DNA from: a virus
DNA length: 64,000 bases
IMG/VR virus record: IMGVR_UViG_3300032163_000003
Coordinates: 1-64,000 of that record
Direction: 5' to 3' (one strand)
The position numbers were made by a program, and so were the translations under genes. Shown here piece after piece: positions 47,377 to 57,082 of the stretch (positions are counted from its first letter, which is position 1; every line of letters starts with the position of its first letter). Under the pieces are notes generated by a model. It was not told the origin of the DNA, ran no database searches, and saw only the letters and a list, made by a program, of their open reading frames with translations.

Positions 47377-48161
47377 TACTTTGTTTCCTCAAACAATCTA
47401 AAAAGTTGTTCTTTTGTTATCCAACTTTTGTTTTTCTTTTTATCATTTTCATCCCAAGGAATAAGTTGAAGATTACATTTGTGACCGATTATGTATGGAG
47501 GAATATTACTTAAAAATCCGTCCTTAATACTAAAGGTATGATCTGCTTGAAAAGAATCTTTTACTCCACACCGGCCGGTTTTAGACAACTCTTCTGCCGA
47601 GAATTTGTCTTTTATTGATTTTTGTGTAAAGAAATAAACTTTTCTACGATATAAGTTAAAAAGTGATATTTTTTCATCTGGAAGCCATGTCCCATTTTTT
47701 ATTTTTGTTTCTCTCCCTTTCCTAATTACTTTTTCCTTTATCTCTGGGACAAGCATATTATGTGAAACACCATAATTTTTTAAGAAAGTTTTTACTTGTT
47801 TTTCTGTTATAAATTTGATTTCTTCTTCTGTCTTGTTCTTTTTGGTTTGTTTTATTTTTTCAGAAATCCAAGGAACTTGACTTATATTTTTTACACCGTA
47901 TTTTTCTAAAGTTTTTTGAATGTATATTTTTGTAGTCCCATATTTCTTTAAAATGGATTCTTTTCTTTTCTTAAAGATTTCTTTCTTTTCTTCTTCTGAT
48001 TTTCTTTTCCATTTTTCTCTTACTTTGGTTCTCCAGTTTTCTTTTTCTTTCTCATTTCTGGATAGTAACGTTTCGCTGCATTTTCCTCTGTTGTTGTAAA
48101 ACTCATTTCCATACTTTTCTAAACATGTATTTCTAGCTTTTTCTCTGTTTGTTTTACTCAC
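47376..48161 (-). mobile_element. Homing-endonuclease-like protein (LEKYG repeats + HNH-like end)
   Basis: TCLEKYG/KKYG/KNYG repeats; ADH.FSIKDGF...NLQLIPW.EN..K. Confidence 0.7.
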
Positions 48162-48571
48162 TTCTTCTTTGCCTCAGATTCCATTTTCTTTAATAAATCA
48201 TAATAATTCCCTATTTCAGCAAGGTGGTCCTTTGCAATTTCTTTCGCTAGTTCTGGATCATCCGTATGCTCTTTTTCTACTTCGACTCCCATATTCAACT
48301 GCTCAGCATCAAACTGCTCATCTCCAATATCTCTATGTCTTCCAACTTGAAGAAGATTTGAGAGAAGACCATACGCAATAGTTTCAAGTCTATCAACTGG
48401 CATTCCAATTTTATCTGAAAATTCATGCACGTCTTTATCGCTTGGTTCTGGGTGTTCTATAAAGAAATTCTTTACAATTTCAATCGTATGGGGATCTTCT
48501 AGAGTCTGTTCTACAACTCTATATCTTCGTAATTGTTTTTTTAACTGTTCAAAATAATACATATCTTCCAT
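48158..48571 (-). CDS. DUF5661-like protein
   Basis: QLNMGVEVEKEHTDD...IAKDHLAE..NYY. Confidence 0.7.
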   Translation of the reverse strand: MEDMYYFEQLKKQLRRYRVVEQTLEDPHTIEIVKNFFIEHPEPSDKDVHEFSDKIGMPVDRLETIAYGLLSNLLQVGRHRDIGDEQFDAEQLNMGVEVEKEHTDDPELAKEIAKDHLAEIGNYYDLLKKMESEAKKK

Positions 48572-48613
48572 AACGTTCCCTCCATTATAATTTGTTCCCA
48601 AAAATGTACAAGA

Positions 48614-48643
48614 AAAGTGGGGGGTCATCCCCACCCACTTTTT
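48614..48643 (-). terminator. Intrinsic terminator
   Basis: AAAAGTGGG...CCCACTTTT. Confidence 0.6.
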
Positions 48644-49514
48644 AGAAGGTTGATCCTCGGAGAGCTCTAATCATGCGCGTTGGTACAACTAACAATCTTT
48701 CTGCTATGTCATCCAACATCAGCTTTGCGTTCAAGTTTCCCTCCTTTGAGCTGAATTTTGCAATGGCTAAAAACAGATTCCAGTTTGTTATTTGGCTTCC
48801 TGCGCAGAGCTCGGAAAGAAAGGCAGATATACTATTCCGTCTATTCTTACCGGCTTTTTCTTCTATCATCGCAAGGGACTTTAAGATTTCTTCATCAGTA
48901 AGTATTTTAGAACTTGTCTCCGAAATTATGTCGACAATATTCTCATTGAAGATCTCAAAGAACGATCCGATGACACCACTTAAAACTGTTTTACTTTTTG
49001 ATGTGTGAATCTGATGGTAGGAACCCATCTTTTGTTTAAAGGTTACACGATACTCCCCCATTATGGAGAATCCAAAAGATACTCTTGCAACACCTGTGCC
49101 ATCATAGCTATTTTGCACAGTCAATTGTGGGACAACATCTCCGTCTCTTGGGGTAGTAACAACGTTTTCAATTTCAATTTCATGCCAAAAATGAGTAAAC
49201 CGAGGAGCGTTTAAAAAAGTTCTTTCTCTTAAAATTGGTTTTCCAGTTCCAACAATTGACTCTTTGATCATGCATACTACAATGTCATTACCAATGAACT
49301 TATAATCTTCTGATACAAATCCACCCATTCTTCCGAACGTTTGAGAAGTTGGTGAAGCAAAAACAGTGAAGTAGGGGATGGCTGTAAACTTGTCTGCGTC
49401 TTCAATGTATGACCCAATGTATCGAACTGCGCCATACTTGTCCTCATACAAAAAGGTTCTGTTGTTGATTTTCTTTAATCCATCTCTCACAGCTCGTTGT
49501 TCAAATGTTTCCAT
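48642..49514 (-). CDS. DUF932-like protein
   Basis: VSEDYKFIGN...VQNSYDG...HT...WNLFLAI. Confidence 0.6.
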   Translation of the reverse strand: METFEQRAVRDGLKKINNRTFLYEDKYGAVRYIGSYIEDADKFTAIPYFTVFASPTSQTFGRMGGFVSEDYKFIGNDIVVCMIKESIVGTGKPILRERTFLNAPRFTHFWHEIEIENVVTTPRDGDVVPQLTVQNSYDGTGVARVSFGFSIMGEYRVTFKQKMGSYHQIHTSKSKTVLSGVIGSFFEIFNENIVDIISETSSKILTDEEILKSLAMIEEKAGKNRRNSISAFLSELCAGSQITNWNLFLAIAKFSSKEGNLNAKLMLDDIAERLLVVPTRMIRALRGSTF

Positions 49515-49885
49515 TCTTCCTCCGTTAATCATTGTTGTTGCTTCCGGAATCTGAACTTCCACTACTGGAATCAGATTCTAGGATTGATTCTTGTTCATGT
49601 AGATCACATGACTCACACTTCTTGTCGCAGTCATCAAAAGATCCACTTGCACCACCTCCGCCGCTTTCTCCACCTTTTCCAGAGAAAGCCTCTTCTGCTA
49701 AAAGATCTCCTGCGTTCGGTGGAACTTCATGAAGCATCTCCATCATTGAGAACATTAGTAAAAGAGATGATTCATTTAAAGACTCAATTCTTTCAACTTC
49801 TTGAATCTTCGCTCTTACCAACTGGGGATGCATTACTCGGAGATGCGCCCGAAAGTCTTTCATAAAAATTTCCTTCTTACAAAAT

Positions 49886-50275
49886 CTACACTTTACCTTT
49901 CTGTCCATTCCATAACTCCTTTGAATGATTTTGGTGTAACTTAAAATACATGCTTAGAAGATTTTCACAATCTTTGGAACAGTTTATTATTATAATACAA
50001 TCTTTACAAATCTCTTTTTTTGCTACTTTCCATATGATTACTTCTTGTGTTAAGTCTATCAACCGAACGTTTGTAAGATCTCCCTGGTATTTGTGTTCAA
50101 ATTTCCAAGAACAACGTTTGTCAACTTTTTCAACATGTGCTATATTCTCCTTGAAGAATTTGAAAAGAATCTTCCGGAAACCCAGTTGCTCCTTAGATGT
50201 CTTAGTAAGGGCTTCAGATATCTTTAAAGCAGTTTCATCTTTTATGGAAGGTAATTTTTCTTTACTCGATTTCAT
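49886..50275 (-). CDS. Small Cys-cluster family protein
   Basis: ICKDCIIIINCSKDC. Confidence 0.5.
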   Translation of the reverse strand: MKSSKEKLPSIKDETALKISEALTKTSKEQLGFRKILFKFFKENIAHVEKVDKRCSWKFEHKYQGDLTNVRLIDLTQEVIIWKVAKKEICKDCIIIINCSKDCENLLSMYFKLHQNHSKELWNGQKGKV

Positions 50276-50476
50276 GAACTCGACCTCCCATCGCCTTTAC
50301 CCACGAAACCTGATCAGGAGTAGCCTCTTGAATGTAGGAACTCATAATAGTTCCAAACAATCTTAAAGCGTAAGTCTTTGCAAATTGTTTGGAACTAGAT
50401 CTCACAATGGAACAATTTCCTCCATCCAGGGTCACATAATAGTCCTTCTTCCTGAGTAATGATAATTCTTCTTTCA

Positions 50477-51634
50477 TTATCTATGTTTCTCCTTTTCTTT
50501 AATTAGTCCGGCTTGCTTCAAAACTATTGTTCCTACCTTGGACATCATACCTTTGGGAAAGTAATTGCTCATGAACCGCATTGTTTGGTTTTTGTCCTTT
50601 GTTACATCAAATCCCTCAGCCTTTGCTTTAACCCAAACTTCGTTAACATTCTTTACTAGAAGCATGTGCTCATTCGCCCAATCCCAAATCTTTTTGATCT
50701 TTAGTCGAGACTTATTTATTATGTCTTGAGCAAACTCTTCCAGAAGAAGGGTTTCTAAATCATCAACAGTTGGATCTTCTTTGTCCTCAAAAACATTCAA
50801 GGCAGTATTTTTTAGAATCAGGATCGGAATAGAACCAGAAGCAGCCCAGTGAATCTTCTCAATCTCTTCTGGTTTACATTTGAACATTCTCCAAGAAGGT
50901 TCTCCAACATGGGCATATAAAACCATTCCTTCGACAAATAGATCTTCATTATTTATTGCTGACATAACTTCACGCAATTGGTTATATCCTTCTGTAAGTT
51001 TTTCCCTTGTAGGATTAACCATTTCTCCACCCTTTGTTGGAAGTTTTGCTCCATCTATAAGATTAACAAGATTTGGAGGTTTAATTGCTCCGTCTTTTCT
51101 TCTGACGCCAAACAAGAAGTTTACTTCTAGCGGAACTTGATACTTGATGGTTATTGGATTTCTGGAACCAAATAGTTCAAAAGAAAGATTGAAGTCTGGA
51201 TTTGCTTTAATCAATTCTTTAATCCACTTGTTCTCACTCATATATTCTATCCACATGGACTTAAAGGAGACCAAAGTTGAGTCTTTAACAATTTGAGTCA
51301 ACCTTGTTTTGTATGTAATGAATTCTTGTTCTTTGTAAGAATATCTATATTCGAGAATGTTAGTTCCGTCAAGTTTATCCCAGACTCTTACTTCCTGAAT
51401 ATCTGGCCAGTTATAAGTTCCTTGCTTATCAAATGGATAGTGAAGCTTTGGTGTTCCAAATATTACTTGCTCACAAGGTTCATCGTTGACTTGAAAAATA
51501 ACCAAAGCTCCATATCTATGGTCTGGCTTTACGCACATAAATCCAGACAGTTTGTTGTTATTGTTGAATGAATCCTCAGATTCGAATGGACTAATTTCTT
51601 TTGTATCAAGTATTTCAATCGCTCTTTCTTTCAT
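50477..51634 (-). CDS. ATP-dependent RNA ligase (Rnl family)
   Basis: Motif I DKLDGTN, KTR, FELFG, motif IV EGMVL, motif V FKCK. Confidence 0.8.
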   Translation of the reverse strand: MKERAIEILDTKEISPFESEDSFNNNNKLSGFMCVKPDHRYGALVIFQVNDEPCEQVIFGTPKLHYPFDKQGTYNWPDIQEVRVWDKLDGTNILEYRYSYKEQEFITYKTRLTQIVKDSTLVSFKSMWIEYMSENKWIKELIKANPDFNLSFELFGSRNPITIKYQVPLEVNFLFGVRRKDGAIKPPNLVNLIDGAKLPTKGGEMVNPTREKLTEGYNQLREVMSAINNEDLFVEGMVLYAHVGEPSWRMFKCKPEEIEKIHWAASGSIPILILKNTALNVFEDKEDPTVDDLETLLLEEFAQDIINKSRLKIKKIWDWANEHMLLVKNVNEVWVKAKAEGFDVTKDKNQTMRFMSNYFPKGMMSKVGTIVLKQAGLIKEKEKHR

Positions 51635-51644
51635 TATAAAACCC

Positions 51645-52148
51645 CTATAACAACTCGTTTAATTTTTCGATCATATTATCTTTTATCTTCTGAAACAACC
51701 TAGATCTTTTAGTTGGTTTGGGTTCAGGTATAGAAACATTAGTAACTGGAGGCGAATACTGTGGAATACTAATACTCGGTGGATGAATTATAGGAACTCC
51801 GTGTTGTATAGACGGTGGAGGACTAGGTCCAGACTGGAAAATATAAGATGAAAATCCACTAGTACCCTGATATCCGCTTACACCAGTATGTCCAGAAACG
51901 CCCTGATATCCGCTTACACCAGTATGTCCAGAAACGCCCTGATATCCGCTTACTCCAAAGATACCATACATTGGTTTATAATCTTTAGATCCAGTTATAT
52001 TTGAAACCCAGTCTGTCTTTCCTTTTCCCCAACAACGCGGACACATTATGTCTGAGTCACCTACAGAAATTATTCCTTCTCCCTTGCACTTACTACACTG
52101 AACTAGAGCTTCCTCCGGACATTGCTGGTCCTGATTCGACATTATCAT
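51645..52148 (-). CDS. DnaJ-like zinc finger/DW family protein with GxSGYQ repeats
   Basis: CSKCKGEG...CPRCWGKGKTDWVSNITG; GVSGYQGVSGHT repeats. Confidence 0.6.
   Translation of the reverse strand: MIMSNQDQQCPEEALVQCSKCKGEGIISVGDSDIMCPRCWGKGKTDWVSNITGSKDYKPMYGIFGVSGYQGVSGHTGVSGYQGVSGHTGVSGYQGTSGFSSYIFQSGPSPPPSIQHGVPIIHPPSISIPQYSPPVTNVSIPEPKPTKRSRLFQKIKDNMIEKLNELL
51865..51953. repeat. 36-bp perfect tandem repeat (about 2.5 copies)
   Basis: CCCTGATATCCGCTTACACCAGTATGTCCAGAAACG. Confidence 0.9.
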
Positions 52149-52587
52149 TGCTAAATCCCTTTGATCCTCCCACTACGTTTTGGATCCAGTCGACATATCC
52201 ACGGCCTCTACACCTCACACATGTTCCAGATGTATGATTTCTTTTGTGAATTCGAAGAAACCAATATCTACTAGATTTTGGAGTCCAACCATTTCCGTTA
52301 CAAGTTTTACATATAATGTTACCTTGTTTTTTGATTCTTCTTTTGATTAAAAAATCTCTGAAATATGATTCTACGATTTCAAGAGTAATTTCACATATGA
52401 TTCCAAGTGAAATAATTAGTATTGTTTTGAATGGAATTGTAAGGGAAATAAACTTTCCATTCAAATCAAAATTAACACTCATACCAATTATCAAAGCGAC
52501 TAGTCCCCATCTTATAACTGCGGTGGTAATTCTTTCTCTTCTTGAAGGTATTCGGAAAGGTCTCATGTTGGCCCATTCAATTGGCAT
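52093..52587 (-). CDS. Membrane-anchored DnaJ-like zinc finger/DW family protein
   Basis: Two TM segments then CKTCNGNG...CVRCRGRGYVDWIQNVVG. Confidence 0.6.
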   Translation of the reverse strand: MPIEWANMRPFRIPSRRERITTAVIRWGLVALIIGMSVNFDLNGKFISLTIPFKTILIISLGIICEITLEIVESYFRDFLIKRRIKKQGNIICKTCNGNGWTPKSSRYWFLRIHKRNHTSGTCVRCRGRGYVDWIQNVVGGSKGFSNDNVESGPAMSGGSSSSV

Positions 52588-52643
52588 ATTTTTCTCCTAA
52601 TAAAAATTATTTATCTTTTCAATTAGAAATATATATATAGAAT

Positions 52644-52952
52644 TTACAATCCATACCTTACGAACTTAAAATCTTCTTTTAAAATTTCTACCATCTGGTC
52701 ATAGTCGCCAAATTTATAGAAATCTTTTACAACTGGATCCTTGATTCCACCGTATGACAACATATAGTCTGCGTCAAGAACAGTTTCAATTACTTCGTCT
52801 TTTTTCATGACTACTTTGTTAATATTTTTTCCCTCTGCTTCAGCAGTACATTGAAGACAATCATACGCAATTGTTTGCCACGTTGCTTGTGCTGCTCTTT
52901 GAAATTCTTTTATTTGTTTTGGTGTAAGATTAAACCTTTTTCTTTCTTTCAT
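52644..52952 (-). CDS. Hypothetical protein
   Basis: AGGAG RBS, packed ORF. Confidence 0.5.
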   Translation of the reverse strand: MKERKRFNLTPKQIKEFQRAAQATWQTIAYDCLQCTAEAEGKNINKVVMKKDEVIETVLDADYMLSYGGIKDPVVKDFYKFGDYDQMVEILKEDFKFVRYGL

Positions 52953-53316
52953 TTTTCTCCTTTATACTTTTTAAGTCTTTAAGAGTTTCTTCAACAACAG
53001 TAATAATTTTACTTGGTCTAGTTTTTATAACTCTTCCTTTGACTTTACATTCTTTGACTTGATCCCAAAGGTGACTTCCAATAATACCAAGATCTTTCGC
53101 AGTTCCTTTTGCAACTTCTTTATACTTTCCTTTTTTAATCCGTAAACTTACAGTCCATACGTTTTCAGCGTTAATATTCCAGTCACCTTTTTCCAAAAAC
53201 GCGCAGTATCCATTTCTCATTTTTCGTTTACCTTTTCGAATGGACCAGTATGGACAATTACCTTTGTCACTATAACAATAGGATCCGCGGGGTATCAGTC
53301 TCTTATCTTTTTTCAT
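52930..53316 (-). CDS. Cys-containing phage hypothetical protein
   Basis: IPRGSYCY...CPYW...GYC...LWDQVKEC. Confidence 0.55.
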   Translation of the reverse strand: MKKDKRLIPRGSYCYSDKGNCPYWSIRKGKRKMRNGYCAFLEKGDWNINAENVWTVSLRIKKGKYKEVAKGTAKDLGIIGSHLWDQVKECKVKGRVIKTRPSKIITVVEETLKDLKSIKEKNERKKKV

Positions 53317-53330
53317 TTTTTGATTTCCTT

Positions 53331-53966
53331 TTATAAATACCTGTAGCGGTATTTTCTCATAAATTTTCTGCCGTTTCCAGAGTTTTTAAACCTATAGTTT
53401 TTTGTTAGTGAGTGACAGTTTGGACAAACTAGTTCTAAATTTTCAGGACGATTGTGTTTCCAGATTCCATCTTTGTGATGTAACTCAATAGGAATTGTTT
53501 TATAATATGGATTTTCTTTATTCCATCCACATTTCATACATTTGTTTCCATAAGTTTCAATAAAGTATCGTTTTATATGACTAGACGCTCCACCCTTCTT
53601 AGTTCCAGTTATCTTACCTTCAAACCACTGTTTAATAAAAACTTTGTATTTATAATCGTTAAAACAGTGAAGATTACAAAATTTCTTTTTACATGAGAGT
53701 TGTTTTCCACAAGATAAACAGTTTAAGAACTTTCTTTTTATTACGCCAGAACCGCCCAACGATTTACTTATTTTTACTCTAGTTTCTCTTTTATGTTTTC
53801 TTCCTGGTGTATTGAATTTTGCAGCGCAAATTCTACTGCAGAACTTTGGATTTTTTGTTTCTTTTTTGCATAACAAACATTTTCTGGTAGAGGTGCTTGG
53901 GCTCGAACCAAGAACCTGTTTCTTATAAGGAAACTGCTCTACCACCGTTGAGCTACACCTCCTCAT
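53331..53966 (-). mobile_element. HNH endonuclease; ORF begins upstream of and reads through the tRNA-Ile gene
   Basis: CMKCGW...IELHHKDG...NRPENLELVCPNCHS; RBS GGGAG before ATG 53966. Confidence 0.8.
53885..53962 (-). tRNA. tRNA-Ile (anticodon UAU), CCA encoded
   Basis: GGAGGTG/CACCTCT acceptor, GCTC/GAGC D-stem, GTTTC-CTTATAA-GAAAC anticodon arm, CTTGG-TTCGAGC-CCAAG T-arm, ACCA. Confidence 0.9.
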
Positions 53967-53990
53967 TTTAGATCTCCCTTCTAATAGTCT

Positions 53991-54341
53991 TTAACCAAGG
54001 TTGTTTACATCTACGGCAAGTTTTTTGTTTGGAAGAACAACAGCTCTCATGTCATCTACGAATAATGTTCCGTGAACAATTTGTGCTATTTTTATTGTTT
54101 TTCTTTTTAGCTTCCTAAGATCTTCAAACTTTATATCTATTCCATCTAGACTTTGCCAAAAGTATTTTAATAGTTCTCCTTTTGACACTCCATATTCTCC
54201 TTCTGCATCAAAATATGGATCGTCCTCAAATATCCAATTTATAACTTTCGTTCCATTTTTGACGATAGCAAGAGATTTGTAACATGGCTCAGAACAAATA
54301 GATTTTATTATACAGTTGTTACATATTTTAAGGTATTTCAT
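53991..54341 (-). CDS. Small Cys-cluster family protein
   Basis: ICNNCIIKSICSEPC. Confidence 0.5.
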   Translation of the reverse strand: MKYLKICNNCIIKSICSEPCYKSLAIVKNGTKVINWIFEDDPYFDAEGEYGVSKGELLKYFWQSLDGIDIKFEDLRKLKRKTIKIAQIVHGTLFVDDMRAVVLPNKKLAVDVNNLG

Positions 54342-54531
54342 CTTCCGGAATCTCCTTCTGAAATATCTCTTCTATCCAAATGATTTTCCCCTCTCCTTGA
54401 CATCTTGGACAATCACATCCTTCACAGCCAACACAACCCAAAGCCTCGGTTTTTGGCCTTAACTTTCCAGTACCTTTGCACATAGGGCAATCAATCATTC
54501 CTTCTTGTTTTTCAGTCATAAAAATCTCCAA
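54328..54531 (-). CDS. DnaJ-like zinc finger/DW family protein
   Basis: CPMCKGTG...CPRCQGEGKIIWIEEIF. Confidence 0.55.
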   Translation of the reverse strand: MEIFMTEKQEGMIDCPMCKGTGKLRPKTEALGCVGCEGCDCPRCQGEGKIIWIEEIFQKEIPEDEIP

Positions 54532-54797
54532 TCCATATAATCACTCGGTTCTTCAATTCTAACATTAAAAAAATTTCTATCGTAATATAGTTTTAATGTT
54601 TTTGGAATTATCATTGATTTTTTAACTCCAACTACTTTTTCAACCCAGTCAATTTCTTGATGTCCACGACATTGTTTGCATAATATAATTTCTAAATCCA
54701 CTTCATTAAGAATCCTAAATCCTCGTCCATTACATCTATTACACTTTTCCTTTATTCTCAATTTCTTCATCGGTTCCTCGATTAGAAAGTATATCAT
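54516..54797 (-). CDS. DnaJ-like zinc finger/DW family protein
   Basis: CNRCNGRG...CKQCRGHQEIDWVEKVVG. Confidence 0.55.
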   Translation of the reverse strand: MIYFLIEEPMKKLRIKEKCNRCNGRGFRILNEVDLEIILCKQCRGHQEIDWVEKVVGVKKSMIIPKTLKLYYDRNFFNVRIEEPSDYMDWRFL

Positions 54798-55091
54798 AAT
54801 CTCTCTTGGTTACAAAATATCTCCTAGCACTTTTGTATGCTATAATCTTTTTGGGATATAACTTTCCGTGTTTGATCACAGCGATATATACTTCTACTTC
54901 TTTGTAAGATTTCAAATTACTTTCTTCTGTCTCGGTATTGAAATCACTTGCTAACCAGAAAAGTTTTTCTAACTCAGCAGCGGGATAACCCAGTTTAACT
55001 TCCATGCTGGCTATCCCAGACCACCAACTATTCGCCTCTCTTTCCAGAACGTCATGTCCTCTTTCAATTGTAGAAATTAAGATTTTCATTT

Positions 55092-55316
55092 TCATCCATC
55101 TTTCTTAACAAAGGTTTTTCCTTCTTTTACATAGTACTGACCTAGTCCCATACCAAGTCCGACACCATGAGTCTTAAAACATTTTTTACATAATATTCCC
55201 CACCGCCACCACTTTCTACACGGATCCATTTTGGTTTTAGCGTCGTAGAATTGATGCAAATCTTTTCTACCACATTCGTTGCATTTTGGGTCACTTCCTG
55301 ACCATATTTTTGGCAT
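55092..55316 (-). CDS. Small zinc-finger phage protein
   Basis: CNEC...FYDAKT...WGILCKKC...GVGLGMGLGQ. Confidence 0.55.
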   Translation of the reverse strand: MPKIWSGSDPKCNECGRKDLHQFYDAKTKMDPCRKWWRWGILCKKCFKTHGVGLGMGLGQYYVKEGKTFVKKDG

Positions 55317-55501
55317 TCTTTATTTCCTTCTTTCACACTTTATAGCCTCTCGTAAAACTTGTAATCCATATGGAAATCTCTCTTTATCGTTAATATCTAA
55401 AAGAATTGTTCTGTCCAGATTACCTATTACTGGAAAAGTTTTTCCTACTAAATCCTTAAAGTCCAAGCTTATATACTTTTCATTAACTATGGTTGCTTGT
55501 T

Positions 55502-55933
55502 TCATAGAGGTTCTTCTCCAGGATATTTCTTGAACATTTTTTTGTTTTGATTTCTTTTAGTTGGGATTGCATCTTCTGGATATACCTCGTCTCGATAGTA
55601 ATTGTCAAAAACTGCCTCTAGTTTATCAATAGCTTTAAGTATTCTATTATAATCAGATTTTTTATTAGTTTCACACTTTCTATGAAATTTCGCGAACTTA
55701 CAAATTTTGCAATCTCCATCAGTGTCAATGCAAAAGTAGCACGTATCTCCGTATAATGGAAATATTTCATGCGCTAATTTTAAAAGAAGATCTTTTTTAT
55801 GTTCCATTACTGACTCTACTGTTTTGCATTCTGAAATTTGTTCAATGTAAAAATCGAAAGTATTTTGCGCACACTCTTTACAATATTCAAGACCTCTTAC
55901 CATTTGCTTAAGAACGTTTTTCTTTACTTCCAT
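55502..55933 (-). CDS. Cys-cluster hypothetical protein
   Basis: AAGGAG RBS just after the tRNA; CYFC...CKIC...HRKC. Confidence 0.55.
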   Translation of the reverse strand: MEVKKNVLKQMVRGLEYCKECAQNTFDFYIEQISECKTVESVMEHKKDLLLKLAHEIFPLYGDTCYFCIDTDGDCKICKFAKFHRKCETNKKSDYNRILKAIDKLEAVFDNYYRDEVYPEDAIPTKRNQNKKMFKKYPGEEPL

Positions 55934-55950
55934 TTCTTCTCCTTTTGCGG

Positions 55951-56022
55951 AAGCGGGGAAGGGACTCGAACCCTCGACTTCGTGGTTATGAGCCACGCGT
56001 TCTACCTCTGAACTACCCCGCA
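55951..56022 (-). tRNA. tRNA with CAU anticodon (Met or Ile2), no encoded CCA
   Basis: TGCGGGG/CCCCGCT acceptor (1:72 mismatch), GTTC/GAAC D-stem, CGTGG-CTCATAA-CCACG, GAGGG-TTCGAGT-CCCTT; followed by T-CCG. Confidence 0.85.
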
Positions 56023-56027
56023 CATTT

Positions 56028-56390
56028 TTATTTCCTCTTCGCTAATTTTTTCTGACACACTTTACAATTGTCTGGACTATTGTCATTACCCTCTTCTAAA
56101 TCTGGATTTCCAATAATCATCCACTTTTCACAGAGAGATATTTTCTTAACAAAGTAATGCCACTTTCTCGTATTAACTAACCAAGTCCATCCTTCTCTTA
56201 CATTATTAGGCATGGGATATAAACAACCTCCTGCTGCGGTTTTTCTATGTTTAAATCTAGTTAGTATTTTGATATGCTTTGCTAGAAGTTTCAAATGATT
56301 GTTAAAGAAGGGACAGTTCATTCGTTTATTACAAATCATACCAACAATACAAGTCTTACATGGTTTAGTTGGATATTTTGAAGTTTTCAT
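56028..56390 (-). CDS. Small Cys-cluster family protein
   Basis: PCKTCIVGMIC; C-terminal KWHYF...SLC...CKVC. Confidence 0.5.
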   Translation of the reverse strand: MKTSKYPTKPCKTCIVGMICNKRMNCPFFNNHLKLLAKHIKILTRFKHRKTAAGGCLYPMPNNVREGWTWLVNTRKWHYFVKKISLCEKWMIIGNPDLEEGNDNSPDNCKVCQKKLAKRK

Positions 56391-56863
56391 TTTTTCTTCT
56401 TTTTTGACTTAAGTATCTTCATCTCGTTATAGTTTTTTTCGTCTCTGATTTTTCTTTCTTCATGCATCTTATCGATTTCTTTTTGATGTTGTCTTTCTTT
56501 GAAGATTTTGTTATCTAACATTTTATCTCGCTCGTCTTCTGTAAAGTCATCAGAAAGAAACAATTGTACAAAATAAGAAAGTTCTTTTGAATCTTGCGGT
56601 AACTCTGGAAATATGTTCGCGCCACATTTTTTACATTTATATTTTATGTTTAGAACTGCGTATGAACTACAGGCACAATCGCCCTCCAACTCGGCGTCGA
56701 TGTTAACTTCTATATCTCCATCGCATTCAACCATGTCTGGTTCTGGAGTAAACCTACCTAGTGATATATAGTACCTCGGATAAATCTTTACTGCTTTTTG
56801 ATAGGGCGCTCCAGATCCTTTTTTTCTGGCGGGAATAAATTTTACAAATGATTTACATTTCAT
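56387..56863 (-). CDS. Hypothetical zinc-binding protein
   Basis: C...C...CKKCG. Confidence 0.45.
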   Translation of the reverse strand: MKCKSFVKFIPARKKGSGAPYQKAVKIYPRYYISLGRFTPEPDMVECDGDIEVNIDAELEGDCACSSYAVLNIKYKCKKCGANIFPELPQDSKELSYFVQLFLSDDFTEDERDKMLDNKIFKERQHQKEIDKMHEERKIRDEKNYNEMKILKSKKKKK

Positions 56864-57082
56864 ATTACTTCCTCTTTTTCTTCTTGTCTTCTATAATTCC
56901 CCCATCTTTGATTTTTACGACTCTATCTTCCTTTAAAACTAAATGATCTTTTTTAACTTTGACACTATTAATAAAACAAGCTTCATCCCAACCTGAAGAT
57001 AGATCTGTTCCTCTATAACGATCTTCGGATGTTTTTCCGCAAGCTAAACATACCCAGATAGTTTTCATAAAACTTTCTCCTT

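Noticed and set aside
51865-51953. 36-bp repeats as a CRISPR array
   Set aside because: The repeats are directly adjacent with no spacers and are in-frame coding; no cas genes are present.
55934-56023. N-terminal extension of ORF 55502-56023 through the CAU tRNA
   Set aside because: A strong AAGGAG RBS precedes ATG 55933 and the upstream GTG lacks one.
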